DNA of 59,746 nucleotides from Anaerolinea sp. (GTDB lineage: Bacteria > Chloroflexota > Anaerolineae > Aggregatilineales > Phototrophicaceae). A model generated the notes under the pieces. The model was not told the origin of the DNA, made no database searches, and saw nothing but the letters and a program-made list of their open reading frames with translations. Numbering within the stretch: position 1 is the first letter of the stretch; every line of letters begins with the position of its first letter. Below are positions 56,373-59,746 of the stretch, piece by piece. The position numbers were made by a program, and so were the translations under genes. Where the stretch lies: contig JBDNCV010000001.1 of assembly GCA_046719465.1 (NCBI GenBank), positions 1 to 59,746 of the forward strand. Direction: 5' to 3'.

Positions 56373-57467
56373 TTAACCTGACGCGCTGGCGATGCGGGCG
56401 CGCAGGTAGCTTTCCATGAAGTCGGTGATGCGCCCGTCTAAGACGGCGTTGGTGTTGCCTACTTCGTGCCCAGTGCGCGTATCCTTGACGAGCTGATACG
56501 GGTGCAGCACGTAGGAGCGGATCGCGTTGCCGAAGTCGGCGTCGACATTTTCGCCTTTGAGCATGGCCAAGTCCGCCTTTTGCTTCTGGCGCTCCATCTC
56601 AAACAGGCGGGCTTTGAGGACTTGCATGGCGCGCTCGCGGTTTTGAAGCTGGCTGCGCTGGTTCTGGCATTGGACGACGATGCCAGTGGGCAGGTGAGTG
56701 ATGCGGATGGCGGTCTCGTTCTTCTGGACGTTCTGGCCGCCTGCGCCGCTGGAGCGGTACGTGTCGATCTTGAGGTCTTTTTCGTTGATCTCGATGTCGA
56801 TCTCGTCTTGGACGTCGGGCCACAACTCGACCTTTGCAAACGAGGTCTGGCGCTTGCCGTTAGCGTTGAAGGGGCTGATGCGCACGAGGCGATGCACGCC
56901 GATCTCGCTCTTGAGGTAGCCGTAGGCGTGCTGGCCTTTGACAGCGATCATGACGCTCTTGATGCCGGCCTCTTCACCCTCGCTGCGCTCGAGGATTTCC
57001 GCCTTGTAGCCGTTCTGTTCCATCCAGCGCAGGTACATGCGCTCGAGCATTTCGGCCCAGTCTTGCGCGTCGACCCCACCCGCGCCCGCGTGGATCGTCA
57101 TGATTGCGTCGGCGTCGTCATACTCGCCGCTGAGCATGGCCAGCACCGAGATTCGCTCGACCTCGCGGTTGATCTCGTCCAGCTCAGCGGCGAGTTCGGC
57201 CTGCATATCGTCGCCAAGTTGGGTCAGCTCGAGGGCGTCGGTGATGCGTCGGTAGAGCTGATCCCACGGCTCGATCTGGTTGTTGAGGCGGGCGATCTCC
57301 TGCATGTGTTTTTGGGCTTCGGCGGGGTTCTCCCAGAAGTTGGGGGCTTCGGACTGCTGCTGGAGCGTGCGCAGGCGGTCGCGCTTCTCATCGAGGTGCA
57401 GATTAGCCATCAGATCGCTGATCTGCTTCTGGTGGGTGCTGAGTTGGTTGGCGATTGCGTCGATCAT
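56373..57467 (-). CDS. prfB: Peptide chain release factor 2 (continuous ORF, no programmed frameshift)
   Basis: GAGG..AQDWA.ML..MY, GVHRLVRISPF (the SPF motif marks RF2), GAGGQ and IRSYVLHPY. Start at ATG 57467. Confidence 0.96.
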   Translation of the reverse strand: MIDAIANQLSTHQKQISDLMANLHLDEKRDRLRTLQQQSEAPNFWENPAEAQKHMQEIARLNNQIEPWDQLYRRITDALELTQLGDDMQAELAAELDEINREVERISVLAMLSGEYDDADAIMTIHAGAGGVDAQDWAEMLERMYLRWMEQNGYKAEILERSEGEEAGIKSVMIAVKGQHAYGYLKSEIGVHRLVRISPFNANGKRQTSFAKVELWPDVQDEIDIEINEKDLKIDTYRSSGAGGQNVQKNETAIRITHLPTGIVVQCQNQRSQLQNRERAMQVLKARLFEMERQKQKADLAMLKGENVDADFGNAIRSYVLHPYQLVKDTRTGHEVGNTNAVLDGRITDFMESYLRARIASASG

Positions 57468-57486
57468 GACTTGATGTCTTTCGTCT

Positions 57487-58284
57487 TCAGGGTTGCAGCC
57501 GCTGGCGCAGCGCCTCATACAGGATCACCGCGCCCGCCACAGACACGTTGAGGGAGTCAGTGAGCGTTCCCATCATCGGGATCTTCATCAAGATGTGGCA
57601 GGCATCGCGCCATGCCACGCTCAGCCCGGCATCTTCAGTGCCCAACACAACCGCAGTCCGACGCCGAAAGTCGAGGTTGAATAGGCTGTGAGTGCCTTGC
57701 AAATGGGCTGAGATAATATTGTAATGGTACTTTGAGCAGAATGAGAGGGCATCTTGCGTGCTCAGCTCGTAAATGTGAGGCAGAAAGCAGGCCCCTGTGC
57801 TGGCACGGATGATGTTGGGGTTGTAAAGGTCGAGAGCGGTATCAACCAGCAAGACGGCCTCAACGCCGGTGGCGTCGGCGGTGCGCAGCAGCGCGCCGAT
57901 GTTGCCGGGCTTCTCAAGCGCGACTAGCAGCAGCAGCGGGCGATCACTGGAGGGGGCTGGCAGCGGGCGCGGCGCAGGGTGATGCATGACGGCGACAAGG
58001 CCGGTTGGGTGCTGGCGATAGCCGACCTTTTCGAGGATCTCCGCCGTGACTTCGAACACAGGCGCATCCACGCTGTGCAGCAGGGCGGCCTCCTCGGCAT
58101 CGAGCAGGGCAGGGGCGGCCAGCACATAGTCTGCGCGATAGCCTTGAGCAAGCGCACGCTCCAGATCGCGGCTGTAGTCGATCACAAAGCGCTGCTCTGC
58201 GCGGCGAGCCTTCTTATCTTGGAGCTGCCGTGCAAGGCGCACACGTGGGTTCTGCAAGCTGGTGAGGCGGTCTCGGAAGGGCAC
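57487..58284 (-). CDS. TrmH/SpoU-family RNA methyltransferase
   Basis: TS.QNP.V, EKPGNIGA.LRTA.A.G, G.E..GLS and IPM.G...SLNVSVA. Confidence 0.92.
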   Translation of the reverse strand: MPFRDRLTSLQNPRVRLARQLQDKKARRAEQRFVIDYSRDLERALAQGYRADYVLAAPALLDAEEAALLHSVDAPVFEVTAEILEKVGYRQHPTGLVAVMHHPAPRPLPAPSSDRPLLLLVALEKPGNIGALLRTADATGVEAVLLVDTALDLYNPNIIRASTGACFLPHIYELSTQDALSFCSKYHYNIISAHLQGTHSLFNLDFRRRTAVVLGTEDAGLSVAWRDACHILMKIPMMGTLTDSLNVSVAGAVILYEALRQRLQP

Positions 58285-59186
58285 TACTCATCCTCAAAGA
58301 GGCTGTCAACGAAGTTGCGCGGGTTAAAGTACACGAGATCATCTATGCCTTCGCCGAGGCCGAGGAACATGACAGGCACGTGCAGCTCGGTCATGACGCT
58401 GAAGATCATGCCGCCTTTGGCGGTGCCGTCGAGCTTGGTCACGATCAAGCCGGTGACCTCGGCGGCTTCAGCAAATTTTACCCCCTGCTTAAGGGCGTTT
58501 TGGCCGGTGGTTCCGTCGAGGACGAGCAGCACCTCATGCGGCGCGTCTGGGATGAGCTTGGCGATGACGCCTTTGATCTTGGCCAGCTCTTGCATCAGGT
58601 TGTAGTTGTTGTGGAGGCGTCCTGCGGTGTCCACGATGAGCACGTCGCAGCCGCGCGCCTGCGCTGCGTTGATCGCGTCGTAGACGACCGCGCCCGGGTC
58701 GGCCCCCGGTTTGTTGGCGATCACCGGCACGCCCACGCGATCCCCCCACTTTTGCAATTGATCGATGGCTGCCGCGCGGAACGTATCGCCAGCGGCGAGC
58801 ATTACTTGGCGGCCTGCGCGCTTGAGGCGATGCGCCAGCTTGCCGATGCTGGTGGTCTTGCCGCTGCCGTTGACGCCCACGATAAGGATGACCGAGAGGG
58901 GGCGGTCGTTGATGTTGAGCGGGCGCGGCTCCTCAAGCAGGGCAAGCAGCGCTTCTTTCAGCGTCTTGTAGAGCTGGTCGGTGCGGGTGAGGCCTTCGCT
59001 GCGGACGGCCTCTTGCAGAAACTCGATCACGGTTTGGGTGGTTTCGAGGCCGAGGTCAGCTTGGATCAACGTGGCTTCAATGTCGCTCCAAGTGTCCTCG
59101 TCAATCTCGGTGCTTCCGAACAACTGAGCGATGCGTCCGAACAGCCCTTGACGAGTTTTGCTGAGACCGCGTTTAAAGATCGACAA
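58284..59186 (-). CDS. ftsY: Signal recognition particle receptor FtsY (NG domain only)
   Basis: GVNGSGKTT, DTFRAAA, DTAGR, TKLDGTAKGG and G.GE..DL. TTG start with a GGAG RBS. Confidence 0.96.
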   Translation of the reverse strand: MSIFKRGLSKTRQGLFGRIAQLFGSTEIDEDTWSDIEATLIQADLGLETTQTVIEFLQEAVRSEGLTRTDQLYKTLKEALLALLEEPRPLNINDRPLSVILIVGVNGSGKTTSIGKLAHRLKRAGRQVMLAAGDTFRAAAIDQLQKWGDRVGVPVIANKPGADPGAVVYDAINAAQARGCDVLIVDTAGRLHNNYNLMQELAKIKGVIAKLIPDAPHEVLLVLDGTTGQNALKQGVKFAEAAEVTGLIVTKLDGTAKGGMIFSVMTELHVPVMFLGLGEGIDDLVYFNPRNFVDSLFEDE

Positions 59187-59342
59187 ATTGGTTTCTCCTG
59201 TGTTGGTGCGACCGATATTTTACAACAATCCGCGGGGGAATGGGAAAGGCGTGCCCATCAGCGGTGACAGACTCGCTATGAAAAATGGGGCGGCTATGGT
59301 ACAAACACTGAGAAAAACATTTTTAACCTTCAAGGAGAGACA

Positions 59343-59746
59343 ATGGGGCGGCGTGTGGTGGTTACTGGGATCGGTTTGGTCACCCCAGTAGGGAACAACA
59401 CAGCAGATACGTGGCGCAACATCATCGCAGGGGTGAGCGGCATTCAGCGCATCACCTACTTCGACACGGACAACATACAGGTGAAGATCGCCGGACAGGT
59501 GAAGAACTTCAACCCAGAAGACTATATGTCCCCGCCGGATGTGCGGCGACACGATCCCTATCAGCATTACATCATTGCCGCAGCGAAAGAAGCGATCCGC
59601 GAGAGCGGCTTCAGCGTTGCTGAGGATGCCAAACACCGCGCGAGCGTCGTGATCGGCTCATCAACGGGCGGCTTGCAGAGCTACAAGGAATACATGGACA
59701 TCGTGCGCGAGGCGGGCGATAACTATCGCAAGGTGACACCGTTTGC
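59343..59746 (+). CDS. fabF: Beta-ketoacyl-ACP synthase II, 3'-truncated by the window edge
   Basis: Read by hand: MGRRVVVTGIGLVTPVGN...W..I.AG.SGI..I..FD...KIAGQVK.F...V.IGS..GG; AAGGAG RBS. Absent from the ORF track because no stop falls in the window. Confidence 0.88.
   Translation, partial: MGRRVVVTGIGLVTPVGNNTADTWRNIIAGVSGIQRITYFDTDNIQVKIAGQVKNFNPEDYMSPPDVRRHDPYQHYIIAAAKEAIRESGFSVAEDAKHRASVVIGSSTGGLQSYKEYMDIVREAGDNYRKVTPF

Noticed and set aside
58284-59186. FtsY lacking the acidic A domain
   Set aside because: Short NG-only FtsY is common in monoderm bacteria.

Overview
A GC-rich, gene-dense chromosomal window made almost entirely of core and cell-envelope genes. The gene content (tRNA-Leu-tig-clpP-clpX, Gram-positive-type Obg and FtsY, LysM/L,D-transpeptidase, PPC and PD40 surface proteins, GH-A lipoprotein, BTAD regulators, Uma2) points by inference to Chloroflexota, probably Anaerolineae-like. 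In order: partial Uma2 gene with a GTAG-type REP palindrome; split proline catabolism (PRODH and P5C dehydrogenase); an F1-only atpAGDC operon; a lone divergent mreB; rex divergent from a MacAB-like ABC exporter with two adaptors and two permeases; a GbsR-type regulator; tRNA-Leu(TAG), tig, clpP, clpX; a wHTH-AAA+ ATPase with an atypical receiver and an SDR; obgE, nadD and an orphan tandem solute-binding protein; two EamA transporters; sodA; aspA-like; an HD protein; a cell-wall remodelling cluster; a two-domain S1 protein; moeA-VKOR; rel; a BTAD regulator; a ParC-like topoisomerase A subunit; a GH lipoprotein; rpoC; prfB; a TrmH-family methyltransferase; ftsY; and partial fabF. I see no CRISPR array, prophage, integrase or transposase. 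The most unusual signal is rpoC. It is separated from rpoB, has its own promoter and a structured leader, and carries a net insertion of about 100 aa that looks like a lobe of a family-3 (PBP2) solute-binding protein, plus a coiled-coil insertion of about 175 aa. Also notable: prfB without the usual +1 frameshift, Rex-like boxes at the atp and rex/ABC promoters, a LexA-like box before the ParC-like gene, and a PD40 propeller fused to a degenerate M15-peptidase-like domain. All family calls come from motif recognition by eye; no searches were run.
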